Assembly: GCA_041674805.1 (NCBI GenBank)
Contig: JBAYVA010000001.1
Coordinates: 125,136 to 189,135, forward strand
From: Candidatus Magasanikiibacteriota bacterium
GTDB taxonomy: Bacteria > Patescibacteriota > Patescibacteriia > Magasanikbacterales > UBA922
Direction of reading: 5' to 3'
Length of the DNA: 64,000 nucleotides
Numbering within the stretch: position 1 is the first letter of the stretch; the number at the start of each line of letters is the position of its first letter. This document shows, piece after piece, positions 1-9,065 of this stretch. The position numbers were made by a program, and so were the translations under genes. A model generated the notes under the pieces. It was not told where the DNA came from and did not search any database. It saw only the letters and a program-made list of their open reading frames with translations.

Positions 1-10
1 ATTTTATTTT

Positions 11-1252
11 ATGCTTTTTAGAGATGTTTTACAACTTTCATATTTAGCCCTTGCTCGTCAAAAAATGCGTACTGTTTTGACAGTTATAGCGCTTAGTATT
101 GGTATTTCCGCTGTGATTATTATTGTTTCAGCGGGTAGAGGACTTGAATCTTTGGTTTTGGGTGAATTGGATATGTATAATGCTAATACTTTGAATATTG
201 AAGTGCGTGTGCCAAGTAAAGGTGGTTCTGGTAGTGCGACAAGTATGGCACAAGGTGTCAATATTACTTCACTCAAAAATTCTGATATGGAAGAGATAGT
301 GAAGCATCCAAATATTTCTATAGCTTACAACTATATTACCAATCAGCAGATGATAAAATATCGTGAAGAAAGTAAATCTTCAATAGTTTTTGGTTATGGT
401 GCCAATGCTGCTTTGATAGATAATATAAAAATGTCAGAAGGTAGATTTTATGATGTAGAAGAAGAGGAATCTTTGGCTCAAGTAATAGTGCTTGGTTTCA
501 AATTGAAAGACGAACTTTTTGGTACAGATGATGCTATTGGCAAAACTGTTTTTGTCAAAGGTAAATCGTTTAAAGTTGTGGGTGTGCAAGCCAAACGTGG
601 TGCTAGTTTTGGTATAGATTTTGATAAAATTGTATATATTCCTACCAAAACTTTGCAAAAGAAATTTTTAGGTACAGATTATGTTATGGGTATCAATGCT
701 CAAGTAATTGACATGGCTCAATTAGAGAGTACCAAAGAAGATGTTGAAATTATTTTGCGTGAAAGACATGATATTACTGATCCTGACAAAGATGATTTCA
801 AAGTTACAACTATGGATGAAATACGCAGTACTTTGGAGACTGTGGTTGGAGGTATTACTTTGTTATTGATTGCTTTGGTTTGTATTTCTTTATTAGTTGG
901 TGGAGTTGGTATTACCAATATTATGTATGTGACTGTGACAGAGCGTACTTTTGAAATAGGTCTTCGTAAATCTCTTGGTGCAAAATCAAAAGATATTTTG
1001 TGGCAATTTTTGACTGAAGCTATGATGCTTACTTTTGCAGGTGGAATTGTTGGTGTTATTTTTGGTATTATGATTTCTTATGTTATTTATTTAGGTGCTA
1101 ATAGTTTTGGTTTAAAATGGGTTTTTGACGTACCTGTGTATTCTATCATTTTAGCTATTGGTTTTTCTACTTCAGTTGGTTTGTTTTTTGGTATATATCC
1201 AGCCAAAAAAGCCGCTGAGTTGAATCCTATTACGGCAATTAGGAAAGAGTAG
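11..1252 (+). CDS. ABC transporter permease, FtsX/MacB-like
   Basis: 413 aa. The N-terminus (MLFRDVLQLSYLALARQKMRTVLT..., TM then a large extracytoplasmic loop, then a C-terminal 4-TM bundle) is typical of FtsX-family permeases. The frame is open to the window start, so the true start could lie upstream. Confidence 0.7.
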   Translation: MLFRDVLQLSYLALARQKMRTVLTVIALSIGISAVIIIVSAGRGLESLVLGELDMYNANTLNIEVRVPSKGGSGSATSMAQGVNITSLKNSDMEEIVKHPNISIAYNYITNQQMIKYREESKSSIVFGYGANAALIDNIKMSEGRFYDVEEEESLAQVIVLGFKLKDELFGTDDAIGKTVFVKGKSFKVVGVQAKRGASFGIDFDKIVYIPTKTLQKKFLGTDYVMGINAQVIDMAQLESTKEDVEIILRERHDITDPDKDDFKVTTMDEIRSTLETVVGGITLLLIALVCISLLVGGVGITNIMYVTVTERTFEIGLRKSLGAKSKDILWQFLTEAMMLTFAGGIVGVIFGIMISYVIYLGANSFGLKWVFDVPVYSIILAIGFSTSVGLFFGIYPAKKAAELNPITAIRKE

Positions 1253-1258
1253 GGAGAT

Positions 1259-1771
1259 GAGGAATGAGGTACGAGGAATGTGGAATGGGGGACCACGAAA
1301 AAATTAGCATTGGAATAAATGATGAAATTAAAATAATTTTTTATATAATATGTCTTTACCAAAATCTTTATTAGATTTGAAATTGGTACAAGAAACAAGA
1401 AAATTTATAGTTATTATTTATAAAGTAACTGACAAGTTACCAGAACATGAAAAATATGGTTTGGTATCACAAATGCGCAGGGCTGTTGTCTCTATATTGG
1501 CAAATATAGTGGAAGGTTATGGTAGAGAAACAAAAAAGGATAAATTACATTTTTATATAATTGCGCGAGGATCATTTAGAGAAATAGAATGTTTCATTTT
1601 GGTTTTGAAAGACTTAGATTATATTTCAGACAAACAATATGAATATTTAGTAAAAGTTAAGGATGTCGTTGGTGGTTTACTAACTAATTTTATAAAATCA
1701 AAATCTTGAGACAATCCATGTTACATTTTATTACACTTTCCTCATTCCCCATTCCTCGTACCTCATTCCTC
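1259..1771. repeat. 32-bp inverted-repeat pair (1259-1290 / 1740-1771) bracketing the four-helix-bundle gene; IVS-like cassette
   Basis: GAGGAATGAGGTACGAGGAATGTGGAATGGGG at 1259-1290 and its reverse complement at 1740-1771 (30/32 identical), read directly from the sequence. Confidence 0.75.
1350..1709 (+). CDS. four-helix-bundle protein, 23S rRNA intervening-sequence (S23/Avd-like) family
   Basis: 119 aa. Motifs SQMRRAVVSILANIVEGYGR...HFYIIARGSFREIECFILVLKDL match the PF05635 / TIGR02436 family. Confidence 0.7.
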   Translation: MSLPKSLLDLKLVQETRKFIVIIYKVTDKLPEHEKYGLVSQMRRAVVSILANIVEGYGRETKKDKLHFYIIARGSFREIECFILVLKDLDYISDKQYEYLVKVKDVVGGLLTNFIKSKS

Positions 1772-1840
1772 TATTACTTCTTGCTTTTTCTTCCAAAATT
1801 TGCTATTATATATACATAATTTATATCCAATATTTTTCTT

Positions 1841-2548
1841 ATGTGGAGTTTTATTTGGAACGATTTGTTGTATCAACCTGTTTTTAACATTTTGATTTGG
1901 CTCTACAATAATGTAGCCAACCAAAATTTGGGTTGGGCTGTAGTTTATCTTACTATACTTTTGCGTGTTTTGTTGTTGCCTTTGACTATTATAGGTGAAA
2001 GAAATAAGATTAGAGATGAAATGTTGCAAGAACAAATCAAACAAATTGAAAAAGATTTTCGTAATGATGTTGTGGCTCAAAAAGAAGAAATTAGAAAATT
2101 GGTCAAAAAAAATAAAATTAGTCCTTGGGCAAAAGTTTCTTCCCTTGGTATTCAGTTGTTGATGTTGATTTTGTTGTATCAAGTGTTTTTGCAAGGTATT
2201 ACTGGTGAAAAATTGCTTAGAACTTTGTATTACTGGGTAGATTTTCCAGGTAGTATAAATATTAATTTTTTAAGTTTTGATTTGTCTCATACTCATGATA
2301 TATTTTGGCCTGGTATTATAGCTGTTATATTGTTGGTAGAAATTTATTTAGAATTCAAAAAGAACAAAGAAAAATTGAATCAATCAGATTTATTTTATTT
2401 CATTTTATTCCCGGCATTTTCATTTTATATATTATGGATATTGCCAATGGTAAAATCATTATTTATTTTAACCTCAATACTTTTTGGCTTGGCAGTAGGC
2501 CCTATTATAAGAGCGATGTTTAAACCAAAGAAAAAAGATAATAATTAA
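1841..2548 (+). CDS. yidC: membrane protein insertase YidC/Oxa1 family (short form)
   Basis: 235 aa, multi-TM. Conserved YidC core with the amphipathic region KIRDEMLQEQIKQIEKDFRND and a basic C-terminal tail. Confidence 0.7.
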   Translation: MWSFIWNDLLYQPVFNILIWLYNNVANQNLGWAVVYLTILLRVLLLPLTIIGERNKIRDEMLQEQIKQIEKDFRNDVVAQKEEIRKLVKKNKISPWAKVSSLGIQLLMLILLYQVFLQGITGEKLLRTLYYWVDFPGSININFLSFDLSHTHDIFWPGIIAVILLVEIYLEFKKNKEKLNQSDLFYFILFPAFSFYILWILPMVKSLFILTSILFGLAVGPIIRAMFKPKKKDNN

Positions 2549-2558
2549 TATTAATTTT

Positions 2559-3167
2559 ATGGCTGGAGATTCACTAGACAAATTGATGTATTCATTTGTC
2601 ATGGAGGACGTTTTAAAAGGTTTGTTTATAAAAGTACCTCCTGGACATGTAGCTTGTGTTTATGATCTTGGTAGAGGAGTATTGAAAAAAGTTTTGACAC
2701 CAGGTCTTCATTTCAAAATTCCATTTTGGCAAAAAGCAAGATTATTTAATACTCAAACACTTGAGTATGCTATTTCTCGTGATTTTAATCAATTGAATTC
2801 TAGAGCCATGGGTGATGTGCCGATTGGAGCTGTGACTAAAAGTAACAAAAAAATTGCTATTGAAGGTACAGTGTTACTTCGTTTAGATATTCACCAAATT
2901 CCAAATATTTGGCAGACTATTGGTGAAGATTTTGTTGAAAAAATTATCCGTCCAACTATGCGTAGTCGTATGCGTATGGTTATCAGTCGTTTTGATTCTG
3001 AAGAAATCATCGGAGCTAAGCGTGATGCTGTAGAGACTGAACTAAAAAATGAATTAGAAAGAATATTTTATTCTCGTGGTATCTATGTAGAAAATGTTTT
3101 GCTAAGTGAAATTTCTAGTATTGCTGAGATTAGAAATGCTGGTAAGACTGTTGCAGAAGGAGAATAA
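2559..3167 (+). CDS. SPFH/band-7 (prohibitin/HflC-like) domain protein
   Basis: PGLHFKIPFWQKARLFNTQT and a following alpha/beta core typical of the SPFH domain. Confidence 0.6.
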   Translation: MAGDSLDKLMYSFVMEDVLKGLFIKVPPGHVACVYDLGRGVLKKVLTPGLHFKIPFWQKARLFNTQTLEYAISRDFNQLNSRAMGDVPIGAVTKSNKKIAIEGTVLLRLDIHQIPNIWQTIGEDFVEKIIRPTMRSRMRMVISRFDSEEIIGAKRDAVETELKNELERIFYSRGIYVENVLLSEISSIAEIRNAGKTVAEGE

Positions 3168-3198
3168 ACTTCATTAAAACACTAGAACATAAAAACAT

Positions 3199-3234
3199 TA
3201 AAACAACCTCAAAAAATGAGGTTGTTTTTTTATT
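3199..3234 (+). terminator. rho-independent terminator
   Basis: AACAACCTC-aaaaaat-GAGGTTGTT followed by a T-run. Confidence 0.6.
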
Positions 3235-3335
3235 TTGTTGGATAACACAAATAAATTATGTGTATTTTACCAACCCCCGCCGATTTGTCGGACGGTTAGG
3301 CATCCGTAAATCCGTATTATCCGTATGTTGATAAG

Positions 3336-3405
3336 TTATCACTTGACACCATAGAGTGATAATAGTATAATATCACTGTAGATATAAGAGTGCTAATATT
3401 ATAAT
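3336..3405 (+). promoter_or_regulatory. hrcA promoter (TTGACA 3343-3348, 17-nt spacer, TATAAT 3366-3371) overlapped by two tandem CIRCE-like operators (3336-3362 and 3370-3396)
   Basis: TTATCACTT-N9-GAGTGATAA and ATATCACTG-N9-GAGTGCTAA versus the CIRCE consensus TTAGCACTC-N9-GAGTGCTAA. A second TATAAT lies at 3400-3405, 3 nt before the hrcA ATG. Confidence 0.6.
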
Positions 3406-3407
3406 CT

Positions 3408-4088
3408 ATGTTAGATGAAAGAAAAGCCAAAATTTTGGCTCTAATAATCGAAAAATATACGAAATCAGCTGAACCTATTGGATCCAGTTTTTTGGTTGAT
3501 GAATGTGATTTGGAACTTAGTGGTGCCACTCTTAGAAATGAAATGCGTGACTTGGAAGAATTGGGTTATTTGACTCATCCTCATACTTCATCTGGTCGTA
3601 TTCCGACTGAAATTGGTTACAAATACTATGTGGAAAATATCATGAAGGTAAAGACTATTGCCAAAAAAGTTGCCGAAGATTTCGATAGTGTGTCAGCTGA
3701 AAAAATAAATGATGAACTAAAAACTATTGCCAAAAATATTTCTGAAAAAACTGGCAACTCTGTGATTATTGCTTTTGGTCCTGGTTCACTTTATTACACT
3801 GGTATCAAAAATCTTTTTTCACAGCCTGAGTTTCATGATTATGCTTACATGGTTAGTGTTTCAACAATTTTTGATCAATGTGAAGATATGATTGGTGAGA
3901 TGTACAAAGCGATTGAAAGTGCTGAACCAAAAATTTTGATTGGTGCAGAAAATCCTTTTGGCAGTATGTGTGGACTAGTCGGAGCTAAACTAAAAAACAA
4001 CATTTTGTTTATGGTTTTAGGTCCTGTCCGAATGGATTATTCTACCAATTATACTTTGTTGGATTATTTACTAAAAAAATTTAATTAA
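3408..4088 (+). CDS. hrcA: heat-inducible transcription repressor HrcA (short, 226 aa)
   Basis: N-terminal winged helix: ERKAKILALIIEKYTKSAEPIGSSFL...SGATLRNEMRDLEELGYLTHPHTSSGRIPTEIGYKYYV. CIRCE sites lie upstream. Confidence 0.75.
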   Translation: MLDERKAKILALIIEKYTKSAEPIGSSFLVDECDLELSGATLRNEMRDLEELGYLTHPHTSSGRIPTEIGYKYYVENIMKVKTIAKKVAEDFDSVSAEKINDELKTIAKNISEKTGNSVIIAFGPGSLYYTGIKNLFSQPEFHDYAYMVSVSTIFDQCEDMIGEMYKAIESAEPKILIGAENPFGSMCGLVGAKLKNNILFMVLGPVRMDYSTNYTLLDYLLKKFN

Positions 4089-4096
4089 AAATATTT

Positions 4097-5017
4097 ATGT
4101 CTGAGGAAAATATGCAAGTTATCCCAAGTGTTGGAATGTATATAGAAAACAAAAAAGGTGAATTATTACTTGTAAAATCACACAAATGGGATGATAAATA
4201 TGCTGTACCAGGTGGAAAAATAAAATATGGTGAAACTGCGGTGCAAGCCGTTGAGCGAGAACTATATGAAGAAGTTGGACTGAAAGCAAAAAGTGTAGAG
4301 TTCGTAGATAATATAGACATGATAAAAGATCCAGAATTTATTTATAAACCAGAAGCACATTATGTTTCTCGAAGATTTCAAGTTATAGTTTCTAATACTG
4401 ATGTTGTCTTAAACAATGAAGCTGAAAGTTTTGAATGGGTTGCGCCAGAAGAAATTTTGAAAAGAGATGATGTAGTAACTATTGTCAAAGATTATGTAAA
4501 ACAACACATGCTTTCCAAAGAAAATAAGAAAACAAATAAAAAAGTATTAGAATTAGAAGAAAAAATAGAAGAATACAAATCAGGTTGGCAAAGAGCCCAA
4601 GCTGATTACAAAAATTTGCAAACTGAAATAGAAAATAAAAGAAGTGAATGGGTGAAGATGAGTGAGTTGCAAGTGTTGGAAGATTTTATTCCTGTGTATG
4701 ACAATTTCAAAAAAGCTTTTTCACACCATCCAGAGCTTGATAGCGAAAATGAAAAAGACAAAAAAGTAAAAAATTGGGTAGACGGAATTGGTTATATCAT
4801 GAAACAATTTAGTGATGTATTAAAAAGATTTGAAATAGAAGAAATAAAAACAGTAGGGGAGATGTTCAATCCAGAATTTCATGAAGCAGTCGGTGAAGAA
4901 GATTCAGAAGAAATAGAAGGTAAAATTTTGAGAGAAATAGATGTTGGTTATACTATGAAAGGAAAAGTGATAAAAGTCGCGAAAGTAATAATTTCCAAAA
5001 ATTCCAATAACAAATAA
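4097..5017 (+). CDS. grpE: NUDIX hydrolase domain fused to GrpE nucleotide-exchange factor
   Basis: Residues 1-140 carry a Nudix box (GGKIKYGETAVQAVERELYEEVGL). Residues 150-306 are GrpE (coiled coil LELEEKIEEYKSGWQRAQADYKNLQ, then GEMFNPEFHEAVG...KGKVIKVAKV). Single continuous ORF. Confidence 0.7.
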   Translation: MSEENMQVIPSVGMYIENKKGELLLVKSHKWDDKYAVPGGKIKYGETAVQAVERELYEEVGLKAKSVEFVDNIDMIKDPEFIYKPEAHYVSRRFQVIVSNTDVVLNNEAESFEWVAPEEILKRDDVVTIVKDYVKQHMLSKENKKTNKKVLELEEKIEEYKSGWQRAQADYKNLQTEIENKRSEWVKMSELQVLEDFIPVYDNFKKAFSHHPELDSENEKDKKVKNWVDGIGYIMKQFSDVLKRFEIEEIKTVGEMFNPEFHEAVGEEDSEEIEGKILREIDVGYTMKGKVIKVAKVIISKNSNNK

Positions 5018-5086
5018 ACAAATTCCAAACAATACACAAATAACAATTTGGAATTTGTAATTTATTAATTTGTAATTTTAAAGCAT

Positions 5087-5518
5087 ATGTTACCAAGACT
5101 ATGGGATCCATTCGATGATATGGATAATATGGTAAGAAATTTTCCTGCTCTTACCAACAACAATGATTTCAATCGTAAAGGCTTCGTGCCAGCCGTCGAC
5201 GTCTATGAGACAAAAGACGCTGTCGTAGTCGAGACCTTACTTCCTGGTGTCAATCCAGAGCAAGTAGAAGTCAGTGTAGAAAAAGGAGTTTTGACTATTC
5301 AAGGTGAAAGTCAAAGAGAACATGAAATTGATGAAAAAAATTATTATCGCAAAGAAGTGCGTGGTGGATCATTTTTCCGCCAAGTATCTTTGCCAGTTTC
5401 GGTCAAAGAAAATGAAGTAAGTGCTGAATTTGAAGATGGCATACTCAAAATTACTTGTCCAAAAGCTGAGGAAAAGAAAATGAATAAGGTGGATGTGAAG
5501 GTGATTAAAAAACAATAA
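5087..5518 (+). CDS. Hsp20/alpha-crystallin small heat-shock protein
   Basis: ACD motifs: PAVDVYETKDAVVVETLLPGVNPEQVEVSVEKGVLTIQGE...AEFEDGILKITCPK. Confidence 0.85.
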   Translation: MLPRLWDPFDDMDNMVRNFPALTNNNDFNRKGFVPAVDVYETKDAVVVETLLPGVNPEQVEVSVEKGVLTIQGESQREHEIDEKNYYRKEVRGGSFFRQVSLPVSVKENEVSAEFEDGILKITCPKAEEKKMNKVDVKVIKKQ

Positions 5519-5522
5519 TTCT

Positions 5523-5948
5523 ATGATAAATAGATTTGATCCAATATGGGAAGGTCATCAAAAAGATACTAATACTATAAATAAGTATTTACTTATTACA
5601 AGTAGATTATATACTATTGCCATTGTTGTTACTTCATTCTTTGTTAGAATTTTTCTTACTAATTTCAAATCAAGTGAGATAATGTCTGGTATTTTATTAG
5701 TTTCTTTCATGATTACTTCTGCGCTCCTTGTATATAATTTTTCACTTTATAGAGAATTAGCAAGTGTTTTAGTTATTGAAAAGTTAAGAAAAATAATGTT
5801 TTTCATTTGGTTGATTATTTTTTTTCTTTTTAACATATTCCAAATTATTACTTTGTTTGTGAATTATGGATGGTGGATGGTAGTGTTAAATATCATATGG
5901 GGTATAGTTGGTGATTTATTAATAAATAAAGTTATAAAAAAGAATTAG
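5523..5948 (+). CDS. hypothetical membrane protein (4 TM)
   Basis: Hydrophobic segments; starts 5 nt after the hsp20 stop. Confidence 0.4.
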   Translation: MINRFDPIWEGHQKDTNTINKYLLITSRLYTIAIVVTSFFVRIFLTNFKSSEIMSGILLVSFMITSALLVYNFSLYRELASVLVIEKLRKIMFFIWLIIFFLFNIFQIITLFVNYGWWMVVLNIIWGIVGDLLINKVIKKN

Positions 5949-5958
5949 TATTTATTAA

Positions 5959-6004
5959 CTGGCAGTGGTGAACTGAACATTCTAAACTGCCAAGACTTTT
6001 TTCT
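5959..6004 (+). terminator. putative terminator hairpin
   Basis: Imperfect CTGGCAG...CTGCCAAG stem followed by a T-run. Confidence 0.35.
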
Positions 6005-6083
6005 ACATAATAAATATCTTATAATAGTTTGATATGTGGTACGCGTTGTGTGATATGTGAATTAACTAATTAATTTAATAAAT

Positions 6084-6893
6084 ATGGAAAGACGAAATCC
6101 AGAGCATTCATTTTCTACAGGTGCAAAAAAAGTAGAAGAAAAAGAGAAAAAAAAGAGTTTACGAGAACGTCTCATTAATAAATGGACTTTGCTTTTTACG
6201 GCACTAACTGTATTTGCAGGTCATGAAATTTCTTCTGCCGAAAAAAACAAATATAATGATGATTTTGCTGAAAGATTACCTCAAGATCCTGAGTCTTTAG
6301 CAGAAATTGATAAAGCTCTTGATATTGTAGAAGAAGCTATACAAGAAAGAACACAAAGACAAAAAAATAAAGATGTTGAAGAAGAACAACTAGAAAAGCT
6401 TGCGCGTGGTATCCAACGTGAACATGGTTGGAAAGGAGACCAAGAAAAAGCTTTAGTTGATTTAACTGATATTCCTAAAAAGGAAGAATTACCATCGAAT
6501 CAAATGTTCAAAGAAGATTATCAAGCCATTTTTGATGCTCTTCCTAATAAAAATTTTAATCTTGCACCTATAGAGCTTGGATATTTGAATTATCTTATTA
6601 CCAACTCTCAGGATGATTTTGAAGCTGAACTAGATTTTGAGCATGAAGTTGTAAAACCAGAAGAAGATGACAAGGATACTTCTGAATATGTTGTAAGTAA
6701 TTACAAATTAACTGTTGGATTAGAAGGAAAAACACAAGAATTTGTTGCAGGTACATTACAGGAGGTTGCAAAATTAGTTTCTTATACACATGATTTACAT
6801 AGTTTATGGAAATTTTATGAAAGTGGTGTATTAACTGAAGAACAATATCAAAATGATAAAAAGGAATTACAAACTAAACATGGTTTTAATTAA
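6084..6893 (+). CDS. hypothetical protein, acidic, single N-terminal TM; possible SHOCT-like C-terminus
   Basis: ORF only. The C-terminus LWKFYESGVLTEEQYQNDKKELQ resembles the short C-terminal (SHOCT) motif. Confidence 0.4.
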   Translation: MERRNPEHSFSTGAKKVEEKEKKKSLRERLINKWTLLFTALTVFAGHEISSAEKNKYNDDFAERLPQDPESLAEIDKALDIVEEAIQERTQRQKNKDVEEEQLEKLARGIQREHGWKGDQEKALVDLTDIPKKEELPSNQMFKEDYQAIFDALPNKNFNLAPIELGYLNYLITNSQDDFEAELDFEHEVVKPEEDDKDTSEYVVSNYKLTVGLEGKTQEFVAGTLQEVAKLVSYTHDLHSLWKFYESGVLTEEQYQNDKKELQTKHGFN

Positions 6894-6936
6894 ATTTTAT
6901 AAATAAAAAATAAACTAATTAAAATAATTTATATTT

Positions 6937-6977
6937 AAGAAAGATCCCTCGTCGTGCTTTCGCCGACTTCGGGATGA
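6937..6977 (+). promoter_or_regulatory. palindromic GC-rich leader motif, copy A (upstream of dnaK)
   Basis: AAGAAAGATCCCTCGTCG...CGACTTCGGGATGA ends 12 nt before the dnaK ATG. Same motif at 13956, 15877 and 51961. Confidence 0.45.
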
Positions 6978-6988
6978 AGTAAAAAAAT

Positions 6989-8926
6989 ATGTCAAAAATA
7001 TTAGGAATCGATCTAGGAACAACTAACTCATGTATGGCTATCATCGAAGGTGGTCAGCCAAAAGTGTTAGAAAACAAAGAAGGAAATCGTACTACTCCAT
7101 CTGTCGTGGCTATTTCCAAAACAGGTGAACGTCTTGTTGGGCAATTGGCTAAGCGTCAAGCTGTAACCAATCCTGGCAATACTTTGAATTCAATCAAGCG
7201 TCTTATTGGTCGCAGATTTGAAGACAAAGAAGTAAAAGATATTATAGAACATTCACCATATACTATTATCAAAGATGGCGAAAAATTGAAAATAAAAATG
7301 GGGGACAAAGAATATACACCTCCAGAAATTTCAGCCATGATTTTGCAAAAATTAAAAGCTGATGCCGAAGAAAAATTGGGAGAAAAAATTACAGAAGCTG
7401 TTATTACAGTTCCTGCATATTTCGATGATTCACAAAGACAGGCTACTATTGCTGCTGGTGAAATCGCAGGATTGAAAGTTGCTCGTATTATCAATGAACC
7501 AACTGCCGCTGCTTTTGCTTATGGCTTCGACAAAAAAGGTGACCAAAAAATAATGGTTTACGATTTGGGTGGTGGTACTTTCGATGTTTCAGTTTTGGAT
7601 ATCTCTCATGATGGCGAACAATCTACAGTAGAAGTTTTATCAACCAATGGTGATACACATCTTGGTGGTGACGACTTTGACAAAAAAGTTATTGAATGGA
7701 TTCTAGAAGAATTCAAAAAAACAGAAGGTATTGATTTGGCAAAAGATCCACTTTCACTGCAACGTGTCAAAGATGCTGCTGAAAAAGTAAAAATTGAACT
7801 TTCAAGTACTGTCGACGCTGAAATCAACGAACCATTTATTACTTCAGGTGCTGAAGGTCCAAAACATTTGAACTTGAAACTTAGTCGTGCTAAGTTGGAA
7901 GAGTTGGTAAATGATTTGGTAGAAAAAACTATGGGTCCAGTTAGAAAAGCTTTGGAAGATGCCAAAATGCAAAAAACTGAAATCAATGAAATCGTGCTAG
8001 TCGGTGGTATGACTCGTATGCCTCTTGTACAACAAAGTGTAGAAAAGTTTTTTGGTAAAAAACCAAACATTAGTGTCAATCCAGATGAAGTCGTCGCTGT
8101 TGGTGCTGCTATCCAAGCTGGACAATTGCAAGGTGACTTGGGCAAAGAAATTTTGCTTCTTGATGTCACTCCACTTTCATTAGGACTCGAAACTCTAGGT
8201 GGTGTATCTACCAAACTTATTGATAGAAATACAACTATTCCAACTAGTAAAACTCAAGTTTTCTCTACTGCTGCTGACAATCAGCCAAGTGTAGAAATTC
8301 ATGTTTTGCAAGGTGAACGTCAAATGGCAGTTGATAACAAAGCTCTTGGTAGATTTATGCTTGATGGTATTCCACCAGCTCCACGTGGCGTGCCACAAAT
8401 CGAAGTAAAATTTGATATTGATGCTAACGGTGTATTACAAGTATCTGCTAAAGACAAAGGAACTGGTAAAGAACAATCAATTCGTATCGAAGCTTCTTCT
8501 GGTTTATCTGATGAAGAAATAGAAAAAATGAAAAAAGATGCTGAAGCTCACGCTGACGAAGACAAGAAAAAACGTGAAATGATTGATATCAAAAATACAG
8601 CTGACACTATGATTTATACTACCGAAAAAATGATGAAAGATGTAGAAGAAAAGAAAATCGAAGTGACAGATGAAGAAAAACAAAAAGTAAATGATGCTTT
8701 GACAAAAATGAAAGAAGTCAAAGAAAAAGATGATATTGAAGAAATCAAAAAAGTTTCTGAAGAATTATCTACAGCTGCACAAGCTATTGGTATGAAGATG
8801 TATCAACAAGAACAAGCTCAACAGCAAGCAGGTAACAGTGAACAAAAAACAGGTGAACAACCAGCTGATGAAAAAAAGAATGAAGGTGAGTCTGTAGAGG
8901 GGGAAGTGGTTGATGGGGACAAATAG
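6989..8926 (+). CDS. dnaK: molecular chaperone DnaK (Hsp70)
   Basis: 645 aa. [26 protein letters not shown] and a full substrate-binding domain. Confidence 0.97.
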   Translation: MSKILGIDLGTTNSCMAIIEGGQPKVLENKEGNRTTPSVVAISKTGERLVGQLAKRQAVTNPGNTLNSIKRLIGRRFEDKEVKDIIEHSPYTIIKDGEKLKIKMGDKEYTPPEISAMILQKLKADAEEKLGEKITEAVITVPAYFDDSQRQATIAAGEIAGLKVARIINEPTAAAFAYGFDKKGDQKIMVYDLGGGTFDVSVLDISHDGEQSTVEVLSTNGDTHLGGDDFDKKVIEWILEEFKKTEGIDLAKDPLSLQRVKDAAEKVKIELSSTVDAEINEPFITSGAEGPKHLNLKLSRAKLEELVNDLVEKTMGPVRKALEDAKMQKTEINEIVLVGGMTRMPLVQQSVEKFFGKKPNISVNPDEVVAVGAAIQAGQLQGDLGKEILLLDVTPLSLGLETLGGVSTKLIDRNTTIPTSKTQVFSTAADNQPSVEIHVLQGERQMAVDNKALGRFMLDGIPPAPRGVPQIEVKFDIDANGVLQVSAKDKGTGKEQSIRIEASSGLSDEEIEKMKKDAEAHADEDKKKREMIDIKNTADTMIYTTEKMMKDVEEKKIEVTDEEKQKVNDALTKMKEVKEKDDIEEIKKVSEELSTAAQAIGMKMYQQEQAQQQAGNSEQKTGEQPADEKKNEGESVEGEVVDGDK

Positions 8927-8968
8927 TAAGCAGAATAGGCAGAATAAGTAAATTAAGTAGACGAAATT

Positions 8969-9006
8969 GCCCTGTCCAAATTCGGACGGGGCAAATGGTT
9001 TGTTTA
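8969..9006 (+). terminator. terminator hairpin after dnaK
   Basis: GCCCTGTCC-aaattc-GGACGGGGC followed by a T-rich tail. Confidence 0.5.
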
Positions 9007-9065
9007 ATTGAAGACATTGTAGTAAAATGTATATGTTTAGAAATTTTTAATTTTAATATTTTTAT

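Noticed and set aside
58-1398. Minus-strand ORFs 58-276, 434-658, 718-918 and 1087-1398 overlapping the FtsX-like gene
   Set aside because: They are embedded antisense in a well-supported membrane-protein gene, and their translations are low-complexity.
6971-6977. GGGAUGA in the 3' half of the leader hairpin acting as a sequestered Shine-Dalgarno (RNA thermometer for dnaK)
   Set aside because: Most genes in this window lack any SD, and the spacing to the ATG (about 14 nt) is poor. Kept only as a low-probability hypothesis inside the palindromic-leader-motif finding (6937-6977).
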